Shown here: positions 18,781 through 26,992 of the stretch, one piece after another
How positions within the stretch are numbered: position 1 is the stretch's first letter
Layout of the letters: every line of letters starts with the position of its first letter
DNA from: Gemmatimonadota bacterium
GTDB taxonomy: Bacteria; Latescibacterota; UBA2968; UBA8231
Length of the DNA: 64,000 bases
Assembly: GCA_018660835.1 (NCBI GenBank)
Contig: JABJJN010000008.1
Coordinates: 46,977-110,976 of the forward strand
Direction: 5' to 3'
Position numbers and translations under genes: made by a program
Notes under the pieces: generated by a model
Database searches by the model: none
The model's input: the letters and a program-made list of their open reading frames with translations, nothing else
Told to the model about the DNA's origin: nothing

Positions 18781-20291
18781 GAGGTCGCTCCTGTCGTGCG
18801 CAGTGGTCGCGGCGGATGAGAGGTTTGTGTCAACAGGGATACGATGACGATGCAGGCGAAGCTGGCGACGAAGGTCGCAATGCCGACGACCTTGTCCTGC
18901 ACCATCCACTCGTACTCGGCAGGCAGGATGCCGGCGCCATCGAGAAAAATGGTCGTCAGCGGCAGGGTACCAGCAACGACGAGGGATGCGAGAGTCCCCG
19001 GTGTGTTTGCCTTCTTCCAATAGAGTCCTGCCGCCGTCGTGAGCAGAACACTGGCAGAATACATCGTCCCCGTGATCGCCATAAAGCGGAAGAAGGTTTC
19101 AGGCGGTGAATAGAGATACCCCCAGCCCAGGACAAAGAGTCCGCAGCCGACAACGGCAAAACGAGTGAGCTTGATCTTCTGGCGATCATTGAGTTCTGGC
19201 CGCAGAGGCAGCACGATGTCATTGATGAGAATCGAACTCCAGCACAGCAGATACGAATCGAAGGTCGACATCATCGCCGCCAGCGCTGCTGCCGCCATGA
19301 GTCCACGTACGCCGGCCGGCAAGATCTGCGACAGATAGACCGGCATGGCTGCCGCCGTATCGGGCTCGCCATCCAGCAGCGGCAGGCTCACAGACGAATC
19401 GCCAGTGAAATACACAAAGGCGCAGATTCCCCACATCATCGGCATCAATGCTCTTCCCAGGAAAGACAGGCCGATGAAGCTGTAGAGTTTCTTCGATGTG
19501 TCGCCGTCGACGGTAGACAACGCCCGTGACAGAGCCGGTGGCCACATGCCGGAAAATGGTATGCCGAAGACGAGCCAGACGATGAACAGCCAGCCCAGGT
19601 CCTCACTGAGGAAGGGATCGAATCCCCCGTCGCCGTATTCGCGCTGTACCGTGTCGAGAACCGTGTCGTAACCTACATGCGTGATGGCGAAGTAGGTCGT
19701 GAAGACGACACTGGTAAACAGAATGAGGAATTGCAGGTAGTCGGTCAGCACAACAGACACCATGCCGCCGACGACGGTGTAGGCGAGAACCAGAAGTAGC
19801 AGACCGACCATGAGGTAGGGCAGCATGTCAGGGGGCAGCCCAACCATATAGAGCAGGAACTTTGCTCCCAGGACCAGAAACAGCCCCATGTTCATCAGGC
19901 CCGCTGCAAAGGTGATCACCGCCGCGATGATCTGCGTCGAGCGATTGTAGCGTAGTCCGAAGAACTCGGCGATCGTGCGCATTTCAAGATCGCGCAGTCC
20001 CTTGATGATGAAACCTGTCTTGCCGACGAAACTAAAACCGATCAGGGCAATGACACCGATGGCGAAGGCGGAAAAGCCACTGCGAAAGCCCTGTTCGCTG
20101 AAATACATCAGCGTCACCAGGCCCAGTTCGGTGGCACCCATCGTCGCCATCGCCAAATACAGCTTCAGCGAACGACCTGCGAGCAGAAACGAGTCGTAGT
20201 CGCTGATCAGGCGACGCGTACCCAGTGCCACACCCGTCGTGATGGCCAGAAAGGCGATGACGGTGGCCCAGTCGATCCAGATAAAGTGCAA
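18777..20291 (-). CDS. sodium:solute symporter (SSF) family transporter
   Basis: 504 aa, about 13 TM segments, typical SSF layout. TTG start six nt after GGAGA. Confidence 0.85.
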   Translation of the reverse strand: MHFIWIDWATVIAFLAITTGVALGTRRLISDYDSFLLAGRSLKLYLAMATMGATELGLVTLMYFSEQGFRSGFSAFAIGVIALIGFSFVGKTGFIIKGLRDLEMRTIAEFFGLRYNRSTQIIAAVITFAAGLMNMGLFLVLGAKFLLYMVGLPPDMLPYLMVGLLLLVLAYTVVGGMVSVVLTDYLQFLILFTSVVFTTYFAITHVGYDTVLDTVQREYGDGGFDPFLSEDLGWLFIVWLVFGIPFSGMWPPALSRALSTVDGDTSKKLYSFIGLSFLGRALMPMMWGICAFVYFTGDSSVSLPLLDGEPDTAAAMPVYLSQILPAGVRGLMAAAALAAMMSTFDSYLLCWSSILINDIVLPLRPELNDRQKIKLTRFAVVGCGLFVLGWGYLYSPPETFFRFMAITGTMYSASVLLTTAAGLYWKKANTPGTLASLVVAGTLPLTTIFLDGAGILPAEYEWMVQDKVVGIATFVASFACIVIVSLLTQTSHPPRPLRTTGATS

Positions 20292-20331
20292 GTGTTGTCT
20301 CCGTTTTCTTGTTCTGGGTTTTTTTCTGGGG

Positions 20332-22359
20332 CTACTTCAACAGCAGCAACTTGTGTGAGAGGACGCTCGCAGACAAAGTCAGGCGGGCGACATACGTGCC
20401 GGATGCGACATCTCGACCGTCCTGGTCCCTGCCGTCCCATGCGAGGCGATGGGTTCCCGCTCGAGAGAAACCCGACTGCAGGATCTTCACGCGCTGGCCT
20501 GTCAGATCATAGATAGACAGGTCGATGTCACCGTCTCGAGACAGCGTGAAAGGAATCATCGTCGTGGCATTGAAGGGATTCGGATAGTTTCTCGCCAGCG
20601 AGGATTCAGCGGGGGTCGTCTGCCCGTCGTCGAGAATCGCCGTCATGAGGGGGGCCAGATACTTGGTCAGCTCGGCGCCGCTGACGACGTGAAGTTCACC
20701 GGCATTGTTGCGCACATTGAATGGCCCGTCACCTGCCATGCCATTTGGCATCACATCTGTGTGGCCATCGCCATCCATGTCGCCCGCCGTCGCCCAATAG
20801 GCGGAGTAATCATTGGCATCCGGTGCTTCGATCCAGACTATCGGTACGACAGGATCTGCCAGATCAATCTCCCTGGGGAGATCCGGGCCGCCTGAGATCA
20901 CGACGATTCCTCCCGCGTGGCGACGCAGCAGGGGTCCATCGTCGCCGGGCACGCCGATAAACAGATCATCAAAGCCATCGCCCTGGATGTCGCCCGCAGA
21001 GATCGCATCACCGGAAATAGCGCCAACGGTGGCACCATAGATGATCATGACATCTGACGGTGGTTCAGCCATATCGATCACGCGATCGCGCAGATTCGAT
21101 GCACCGTAGACGACGTACGTGTCCCCCGCATCGCGACGTGAATTCCCCGGCCCATCGGCGCGATAGGCGCCGACGAGCAGATCAGCCAGGCCGTCACCAT
21201 TGATGTCCGCCGTCACAAATTCCTCGCCGAGACGATCAGGAGAATCTGACCCGCCATCGGCACCATACATAACAAGGATGGATTCACCGGTGCCTTGCAG
21301 GGCGCTTGCCAATTCGACACGACGGGCGCGGGTTCCATTACCAAAGATCACATAGAGTTCACCTGCCTGCGGTCGCAGATTGTCTGGCCCATCGCCGGCG
21401 CCCCCCGTCGCGTCATAGGCATTGCGCAGCGTCCCGTAAGCGCCGGCACCGATGACGGCATCGGCGAAACCATCGCCATCGACATCGTCGCAAGCGAGAG
21501 TCGAGCCGATATGATCCATTGGATCGGCACCATAGATGATGCTCGCACCATCCGGGGGGGTCGCCAACTCGGTCATCTGACCAAATTCATGTGGCCCGTA
21601 GAGAATCCATGTCTGGCCGGCTTCGTTGTCCATGGCGGCCGAGCCGCCCGCCTGATCTGCGCCGACGACGATGTCGCTGAAACCATCTGCGTCTACGTCA
21701 CCAGCAGCCATCCAGACACCGAGTCGTGCACGCGACTGCGGACCGTGAAAAACACTCACCCCGTCCATTGGCAGATTCGCCAGATCAAGATTCTCGCCAC
21801 GGGACAGCAGGTCGGAAAGCAGATGACCAGAGATCGCGTAGAGTTTGCCCGCATCGGCCCCGGCAGGGCCATCGGCATAGAAGGCGCCCACGAGCAGATC
21901 GTTGCGACCATCACCGTCGACATCGGCCACTTCCGATTTGATACCGAAGGTGTCCTGCGCCTGCTCACCGTAGATGGTGACGACATTGTCGAGGGACTGA
22001 CGTAGGTCCGCTGTGCCCGCAATGACGCCGAGGCTGAAATACACCGCCACTTCACCGGAGTTCGCGCGCAGATCATCAGCGGGCCCGTCGCCAGCCATGG
22101 CCGAAACCACCAGATCATCCAGGCCGTCGCCATTCAGATCGCCGGATCGAACGGGCGTCCCGAACTGCGCATCCTGGGGATCAGGGTTGTAAATCGTGAA
22201 TTGACCGGGGCGATCCGTCTCGGCCAGATCCCATACATGGACGATCTGGGCGGACGCGTCGACCCCAAACAAGAAGATCTGCAGGAACAAGAAGACTTGC
22301 AGGCCAAACAGGGACGTGTGCAGAGTGCTTCCGACGAGACCGGTGACGCTCGTACGCAT
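20332..22359 (-). CDS. secreted FG-GAP repeat protein with T9SS type-A C-terminal sorting domain
   Basis: Signal peptide; many FG-GAP/integrin-alpha-type repeats (GDLNGDGLDDLVV, DVDGDGRNDLLVGA and others). C-terminus NYPNPFNATTMIPFTL...IYDLTGQRV...AGTHRLAWDGRDQDGRDVASGTYVARL. Confidence 0.9.
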   Translation of the reverse strand: MRTSVTGLVGSTLHTSLFGLQVFLFLQIFLFGVDASAQIVHVWDLAETDRPGQFTIYNPDPQDAQFGTPVRSGDLNGDGLDDLVVSAMAGDGPADDLRANSGEVAVYFSLGVIAGTADLRQSLDNVVTIYGEQAQDTFGIKSEVADVDGDGRNDLLVGAFYADGPAGADAGKLYAISGHLLSDLLSRGENLDLANLPMDGVSVFHGPQSRARLGVWMAAGDVDADGFSDIVVGADQAGGSAAMDNEAGQTWILYGPHEFGQMTELATPPDGASIIYGADPMDHIGSTLACDDVDGDGFADAVIGAGAYGTLRNAYDATGGAGDGPDNLRPQAGELYVIFGNGTRARRVELASALQGTGESILVMYGADGGSDSPDRLGEEFVTADINGDGLADLLVGAYRADGPGNSRRDAGDTYVVYGASNLRDRVIDMAEPPSDVMIIYGATVGAISGDAISAGDIQGDGFDDLFIGVPGDDGPLLRRHAGGIVVISGGPDLPREIDLADPVVPIVWIEAPDANDYSAYWATAGDMDGDGHTDVMPNGMAGDGPFNVRNNAGELHVVSGAELTKYLAPLMTAILDDGQTTPAESSLARNYPNPFNATTMIPFTLSRDGDIDLSIYDLTGQRVKILQSGFSRAGTHRLAWDGRDQDGRDVASGTYVARLTLSASVLSHKLLLLK

Positions 22360-22459
22360 GGACGTGCCTTCGTTGAGGTTCTAACCGTCCTCAACAACGA
22401 CATGAAGTGGCGCCTTTGGCAAGGTCACCGACCGGGCAGACCAGACGGGATTCAGCGCA

Positions 22460-22498
22460 CAGTCAGGCCAGACAGTCAGGCCAGACAATCAGGTAGGC
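22460..22498. repeat. 13-bp tandem repeat, about 2.8 copies (cagtcaggccaga)
   Basis: Two perfect copies at 22460-22485, then a degenerate third (caatcaggtaggc) that contains the stop of the 22489-23175 gene. Confidence 0.6.
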
Positions 22499-23175
22499 GC
22501 GGAAGGTTGCACCGGAAGCGAAACATGCAGATGGTCGGCAGACCCAGCGTGGCGGTCTGCTTTGAGTCCCATCAGCAGAAACAGGCCCTGACGGGCCCAG
22601 TTGCGTAGGTCCCCCGCGTCGTGGACTCGCAGATCAACTGCATGAGCGTATCCATCCGTTTGCGGATAATGGCGGGATGTAAAAGGCAGACGCAACCCCA
22701 TCAGGTGATAATCCTCTGGACCACGGCGCAGATCGGTCAGCACGAGTGACTCGTCGCCGAGTCGAGCAACCCACAGTGCGTGCCGCAATGTCGGATGCAG
22801 ATGTGTCCATTCTGCACGCACATCGTCGCTCTTGAAGTTGTCCCGTGGGAAATGCGTCGTCGCCAAGGTGCCGGCCAGAACCATCAGAAGCGGCAGAGCA
22901 AGCAGGAGTCCGCCCGCTCGGCGAACCGAATGCAAGCGGAGGATCAGTCCAAGAGAGAGAAATAGAACAACGCCCCCTGCCGCCAGACCGGCAGCAACGG
23001 CCAGCCAGTCTGGAGACAGATGACCGGAGGCATTCTGATAGGAGAGGATCGCCAGTTGGCCCCGTACGGCGACAAACAGGGCCAGCACGGTTCCCGCCAC
23101 GGCACCGACGAGTCGCAAGCCCAGGTACATCACCCGGTTGCCCAAACGCCGATCCGCCGTGAGCCAGGTATTCAT
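22489..23175 (-). CDS. 3-TM membrane protein with extracytoplasmic LAS/peptidase-M15-like domain
   Basis: Three N-terminal TM helices. C-terminal domain with TSRHYPQTDGYAHAVDL (SxHxxGxAxD-like) and a terminal DHLHVS (HxH). ATGA overlap with the upstream DUF4097 gene. Confidence 0.55.
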   Translation of the reverse strand: MNTWLTADRRLGNRVMYLGLRLVGAVAGTVLALFVAVRGQLAILSYQNASGHLSPDWLAVAAGLAAGGVVLFLSLGLILRLHSVRRAGGLLLALPLLMVLAGTLATTHFPRDNFKSDDVRAEWTHLHPTLRHALWVARLGDESLVLTDLRRGPEDYHLMGLRLPFTSRHYPQTDGYAHAVDLRVHDAGDLRNWARQGLFLLMGLKADRHAGSADHLHVSLPVQPSAPT

Positions 23176-23969
23176 CTGCTCTGCAGTCGTACGCGACCGA
23201 TGTTGGCACGAGCCTTCAGCGTGGGGCCTCCGCCATTGATATCCCCGGAGAGACGTTCGCCGATCCAGGAGTCACGCTCGGTGCGAACATCAAAATCGCT
23301 GTCGACACTGCCGATGTTCACTGATGCATCCAGATGCACGGCAATATCCACAGGCAGCGTCAGTTCAACATCGCCCACATTGGTTTCGAATCGCAGTCGC
23401 CCTTCGCCTGCAAGGCGCCCGAGATTCACTTTGATCCGCCCGACATTGGCTTTGGCCTCGACGGTGCCCTCTTGCATGTCAACGTCGATCTCACCCACGT
23501 GAGTTTCGACGGCGACACGTCCGGACACACCTTCGACTGCGACCCTGCCCACATCCAGTTCCGCATCGATCTGCACTTGGTGCGGGACGGTGACCTCATA
23601 GTCGACGACATAGTCCTCATCCTTGTCATCGAGAAACTCACCTGGCACACGGGTGCGAACGTAGACTGCCCCTGGCGTCTCTTCGACGCGTATTTCCACT
23701 TCCTGCAGAAGGCGCTCGGCCTCTTCCTTGTTGTCAGCGTCGTCTACTTCGATCCGCACGACGATCCGCACTCGATCGACGTCTGCCCCCTTGATCTGAA
23801 CGTCACCGACCGTGTTGTCGATTTCGAATCGACCACCCGGTGCAAGAGAGGCAGAATAGGTCTCTTCCATCGTCGCTGAGGCTGCCCAGCTGGCGACGAC
23901 CATGCCCACGCTGAGCAGACTGATCGTGAGCAGATTCCGGCCGAGTGAGTGGGTCCGTTTCATGCTCAT
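23172..23969 (-). CDS. DUF4097 (toastrack-type beta-strand repeat) protein, secreted or anchored
   Basis: Signal/anchor segment, then repeated xVGxVxV strands (VGDVQIKG, VGRVAVEG, VGEIDVDM, VGRIKVNL, VGDVELTL, IGSVDSDF, IGRVRLQS). Confidence 0.8.
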   Translation of the reverse strand: MSMKRTHSLGRNLLTISLLSVGMVVASWAASATMEETYSASLAPGGRFEIDNTVGDVQIKGADVDRVRIVVRIEVDDADNKEEAERLLQEVEIRVEETPGAVYVRTRVPGEFLDDKDEDYVVDYEVTVPHQVQIDAELDVGRVAVEGVSGRVAVETHVGEIDVDMQEGTVEAKANVGRIKVNLGRLAGEGRLRFETNVGDVELTLPVDIAVHLDASVNIGSVDSDFDVRTERDSWIGERLSGDINGGGPTLKARANIGRVRLQSR

Positions 23970-24976
23970 GATTCTTCACCTGATTCCGCTGCGGCGTCAG
24001 TTCCCTGTGTCTCGTTGAATCTGCGCTCCAGGCGTTCGCACTTCTCGTTGAGAGCAAGCAGGATATCCTGCGTGTCGGTGAGTCGCTTTTCGATTTCGAT
24101 GAGACGCCCCCCCTCAGCCGGAGGCAGCGCCACATTGCGTAGAGCCATGCCGCCGGCGACGACGGCAAGGGCACCGATACCGTAGAGCAGAATCTGTCCG
24201 AGAGTGCTGGCTACAGACCCGACGGAAGACCACCACGGCATGAAAGCCCGCTCCGTGGACAACACGAGGGTGCCCACCCGATCTGGACCGTGGAACTTCT
24301 GCTCAGCGGAATTTCCCCATGGAATCCAGCGATGACCGTTGGTCTGCTTGTCGACGACAACCAGATCGAATCCGATGGCTCGACCGGCGTCAGTCAGATC
24401 GATTGGCAGTTCATCGAAATCGGTGAAGACGGGCACCGACCATTCATAGGTCACTTGATCACCATAGCCGTGGTAGCGCTGATAGGCCGCTTCGACGCCC
24501 TTGGAGGCCGCATCACGCCGTCGATTACCAACCAAGGCGCAGGGATTCCCACAACCCGGTACGTATTCACCAGCCCCAGGAACGAAGGAAAACTGGATGG
24601 GATTGTGCATCCCTCCACGGGGTTCACACGGAGCATCACTCTTGGGGTCGCCTCCCCAGGTAAAGACCTCCATGCCGTCTGTTGAATTCCAATGATTGCC
24701 GATATCGACTTCAGCGTAATCGACAACGGCAGCGACAAAGATACGATCGCGCTCAGGACTGTAGAGGACGCGAAAGGCGCCTTTGGGATTACTCGAGGCG
24801 CCATACTCTACGAGACCGTCTGGCCAATCGCTCAGGTCACCATCGATCTCGATATCGTCGTAGATCAGGGCGACCGCTTCGTTGCCACCACCACACAGAT
24901 CGGCCCGAATCGGGCTTGTGGCGGCCAGGCCGAAAACAACCAGGAAAATGAAACGAAACATGGTGGTGCTCTTCAT
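23966..24976 (-). CDS. bitopic membrane protein: CBM9-like ectodomain, one TM, conserved cytoplasmic C-terminal helix
   Basis: Signal peptide MKSTTMFRFIFLVVFGLAATSPIRA. CBM9-like marks (IDGDLSDWP, IGFDLVVVDK, WIPWG). TM segment ILLYGIGALAVVAGGMAL. Tail LIEIEKRLTDTQDILLALNEKCERLERRF. Confidence 0.75.
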   Translation of the reverse strand: MKSTTMFRFIFLVVFGLAATSPIRADLCGGGNEAVALIYDDIEIDGDLSDWPDGLVEYGASSNPKGAFRVLYSPERDRIFVAAVVDYAEVDIGNHWNSTDGMEVFTWGGDPKSDAPCEPRGGMHNPIQFSFVPGAGEYVPGCGNPCALVGNRRRDAASKGVEAAYQRYHGYGDQVTYEWSVPVFTDFDELPIDLTDAGRAIGFDLVVVDKQTNGHRWIPWGNSAEQKFHGPDRVGTLVLSTERAFMPWWSSVGSVASTLGQILLYGIGALAVVAGGMALRNVALPPAEGGRLIEIEKRLTDTQDILLALNEKCERLERRFNETQGTDAAAESGEES

Positions 24977-24980
24977 TCGA

Positions 24981-26564
24981 TCATACTCCCTGACTCGGCT
25001 TCTCGTCGAGTCGATCCAGCTTTTCACTCAGAGCGATCATCACATCCTGCGTATCGGTGAGACGCTGCTCAATGCGCTCGATCCGGTCCGTCATGCCTGA
25101 AACCTGCTTACCCGATTCACCACCTGTACGTCGTAGCACGGTGATGGTGATACCGATGGCACCCACCAGAAGAGCCAGCCCCATCAACGTGGAGAAAACG
25201 ATCTCAGACACATGCTCAGCACGGCTGCCAACATTGATGTCGGGAATGACAGGGATCGGGTAAGATGGGATGGATGGGATGGCCTCCATTTCGATGACGC
25301 TCCCTTCCGCCGCGGCAATGGCTTCAGCGCCGATCGCCATAGCGATCGCTTCCGCCACACGCACCTGCACCTGAGACTCGCTGGCGCTCCGAATCTGCTG
25401 CTCAATGGTCTGCTGCTGGCCGAAGCGAGCTTCGTTAATTCCCTCCTGCAATTCGGCCTGCGCAAGTTGTAACTCTTGTTGAGCCTGCTGCAGTCCCTGA
25501 CGCATTTCGGACAGATCCGCTTCGCTGGCCCCTTCTTGACGCATCCATTCCAGAACGCGCTCGTCATCGGTCGCATCCTGAACACCTTCCAGAATTCCGG
25601 CGACGAGGGAACCAATCCCATTCACGGCAACATCAAGGTCATCGGCGTGATTCTCATGAATCACAACATCTCCGGTATGTCCTACGTGACCGGTATGGGC
25701 CTCAGGCGTCGTCTCTGCGTGCGTTCGATGTGACCCACTCGCTGTCCAGGCGGAGAGCACGAGGTCACGCGGCTTCAGACTCGTCCCAGCGGCAAACATG
25801 GGACCACCTCCCAGCAGAACCCGCCCGACACGATCGTTGCTTGCCCACTTGGTGCCCACCGGCGGTCCCCACGGAACCCAGGCTGCATTGCCGGTACCCG
25901 GTCCATCGTGATCGACGATGACCACATCCAGACCGATCACATCTCCCGCCGTCAGATTGCTGCGCTGTCCAGGCCGATCAAACAGATCGATCTGCCACTC
26001 GTACGTGGTGATGTCTCCTTGGCGTCGCCAGACAGCTCGCGTTCTCGTCCGCCCGATAGCACCATTGCGCATCGCCGGATTGCCCTGATAGGAAACCATC
26101 TGATGGTCTCCAGGCACCATGACGTACTTCGTCGGCTGCTGTCCAGGTGAATTGCCTACCAGGCCCGATACGTAAATCTCCAAGCCATCGCTTTGTAGAT
26201 GATTCGGCCGCTGGGGGTTGTAGTTGACATCGTCGCGGACCTCGACGGCCAGATAGAGAAGATCTACGTCCGGCTGATAGCCGACCATCATGACGGGTGT
26301 CAGATCCTGACTGTCCGTCAGATCGCGCCCTGCCAGGTCGGTTCGCCCATAGACTTCAAAATTGTTGACGATCGGCTGCATCGACATCCCACGGGGCCAA
26401 TCGGACAGATCGCCATCAAGCCGAATACCATCCAACGGTACCGCCAGCGTACTCTGCGAAATGGCTTGAGTTGGCGCGGCACTGGCCAACAATGTGACGA
26501 TGCAAGTCGCAGCCAGGAACGAACAGCCTATGAGTCTGATGGAAAGTCTCTGTGGAGGGAGCAT
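24981..26564 (-). CDS. bitopic membrane protein: CBM9-like ectodomain, His-rich and coiled segment, one TM, the same cytoplasmic C-terminal helix
   Basis: Signal peptide. LDGDLSDWP, IGLDVVIVDHD, WVPWGPP. His-rich stretch HRTHAETTPEAHTGHVGHTGDVVIHENH. TM segment LMGLALLVGAIGITITVL. Tail RIERIEQRLTDTQDVMIALSEKLDRLDEK. Confidence 0.75.
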   Translation of the reverse strand: MLPPQRLSIRLIGCSFLAATCIVTLLASAAPTQAISQSTLAVPLDGIRLDGDLSDWPRGMSMQPIVNNFEVYGRTDLAGRDLTDSQDLTPVMMVGYQPDVDLLYLAVEVRDDVNYNPQRPNHLQSDGLEIYVSGLVGNSPGQQPTKYVMVPGDHQMVSYQGNPAMRNGAIGRTRTRAVWRRQGDITTYEWQIDLFDRPGQRSNLTAGDVIGLDVVIVDHDGPGTGNAAWVPWGPPVGTKWASNDRVGRVLLGGGPMFAAGTSLKPRDLVLSAWTASGSHRTHAETTPEAHTGHVGHTGDVVIHENHADDLDVAVNGIGSLVAGILEGVQDATDDERVLEWMRQEGASEADLSEMRQGLQQAQQELQLAQAELQEGINEARFGQQQTIEQQIRSASESQVQVRVAEAIAMAIGAEAIAAAEGSVIEMEAIPSIPSYPIPVIPDINVGSRAEHVSEIVFSTLMGLALLVGAIGITITVLRRTGGESGKQVSGMTDRIERIEQRLTDTQDVMIALSEKLDRLDEKPSQGV

Positions 26565-26629
26565 GTTGGGCCTCTGAGCAGGTGTGACGGCGAAGTCATT
26601 GGAAGACAGATCAGAATAAAGAAAACAAA

Positions 26630-26992
26630 TCAGTATTGGACGTATTGTACTCGTTGATCAACGCGGTCGCTCATATCGAGCAGTACCCCTTGAAGATCTG
26701 TCAGCTGGCCGTCGATTCGATCAATTCGGCCCTGCAATTCTCCGACACGGGCAGGCGCTACATCGGGCTCCTCCCACCGTCGCAACGGCCGACCTTCCAC
26801 GTCACGGAAGGAGCCGACGATGATGAAGATCAGATCGATCGTCGCCCAGATGCCAAAACCGCCGAAGGTCAGGACCATGAGGATCGCTGTGCCAATTTTG
26901 CCAACATAGAAACGATGAACACCCAGCCACCCGAAGAAGAAACACAGCAGACCCGCTGCCAGGCGAGACTTGGGAGAAACGTCAGCTTGCAT
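26630..26992 (-). CDS. TM2-domain membrane protein with the same C-terminal helix motif
   Basis: FFFGWLGVHRFYVGKIGTAILMVLTFGGFGIWATIDLI (TM2 domain). Tail RIDRIDGQLTDLQGVLLDMSDRVDQRV. I chose the start at MQADVSPK. Confidence 0.75.
   Translation of the reverse strand: MQADVSPKSRLAAGLLCFFFGWLGVHRFYVGKIGTAILMVLTFGGFGIWATIDLIFIIVGSFRDVEGRPLRRWEEPDVAPARVGELQGRIDRIDGQLTDLQGVLLDMSDRVDQRVQYVQY

Noticed and set aside
21295-22005. 236-aa plus-strand ORF antisense to the T9SS FG-GAP gene. Similar long antisense or shadow ORFs occur at 30292-31209, 40568-41320, 41277-41999, 7002-7694 and 17145-17801.
   Set aside because: All lie fully inside genes with strong domain evidence on the other strand or frame. 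Their translations are low-complexity and R/P/G/H-rich with no motifs. This is the expected by-product of high GC.
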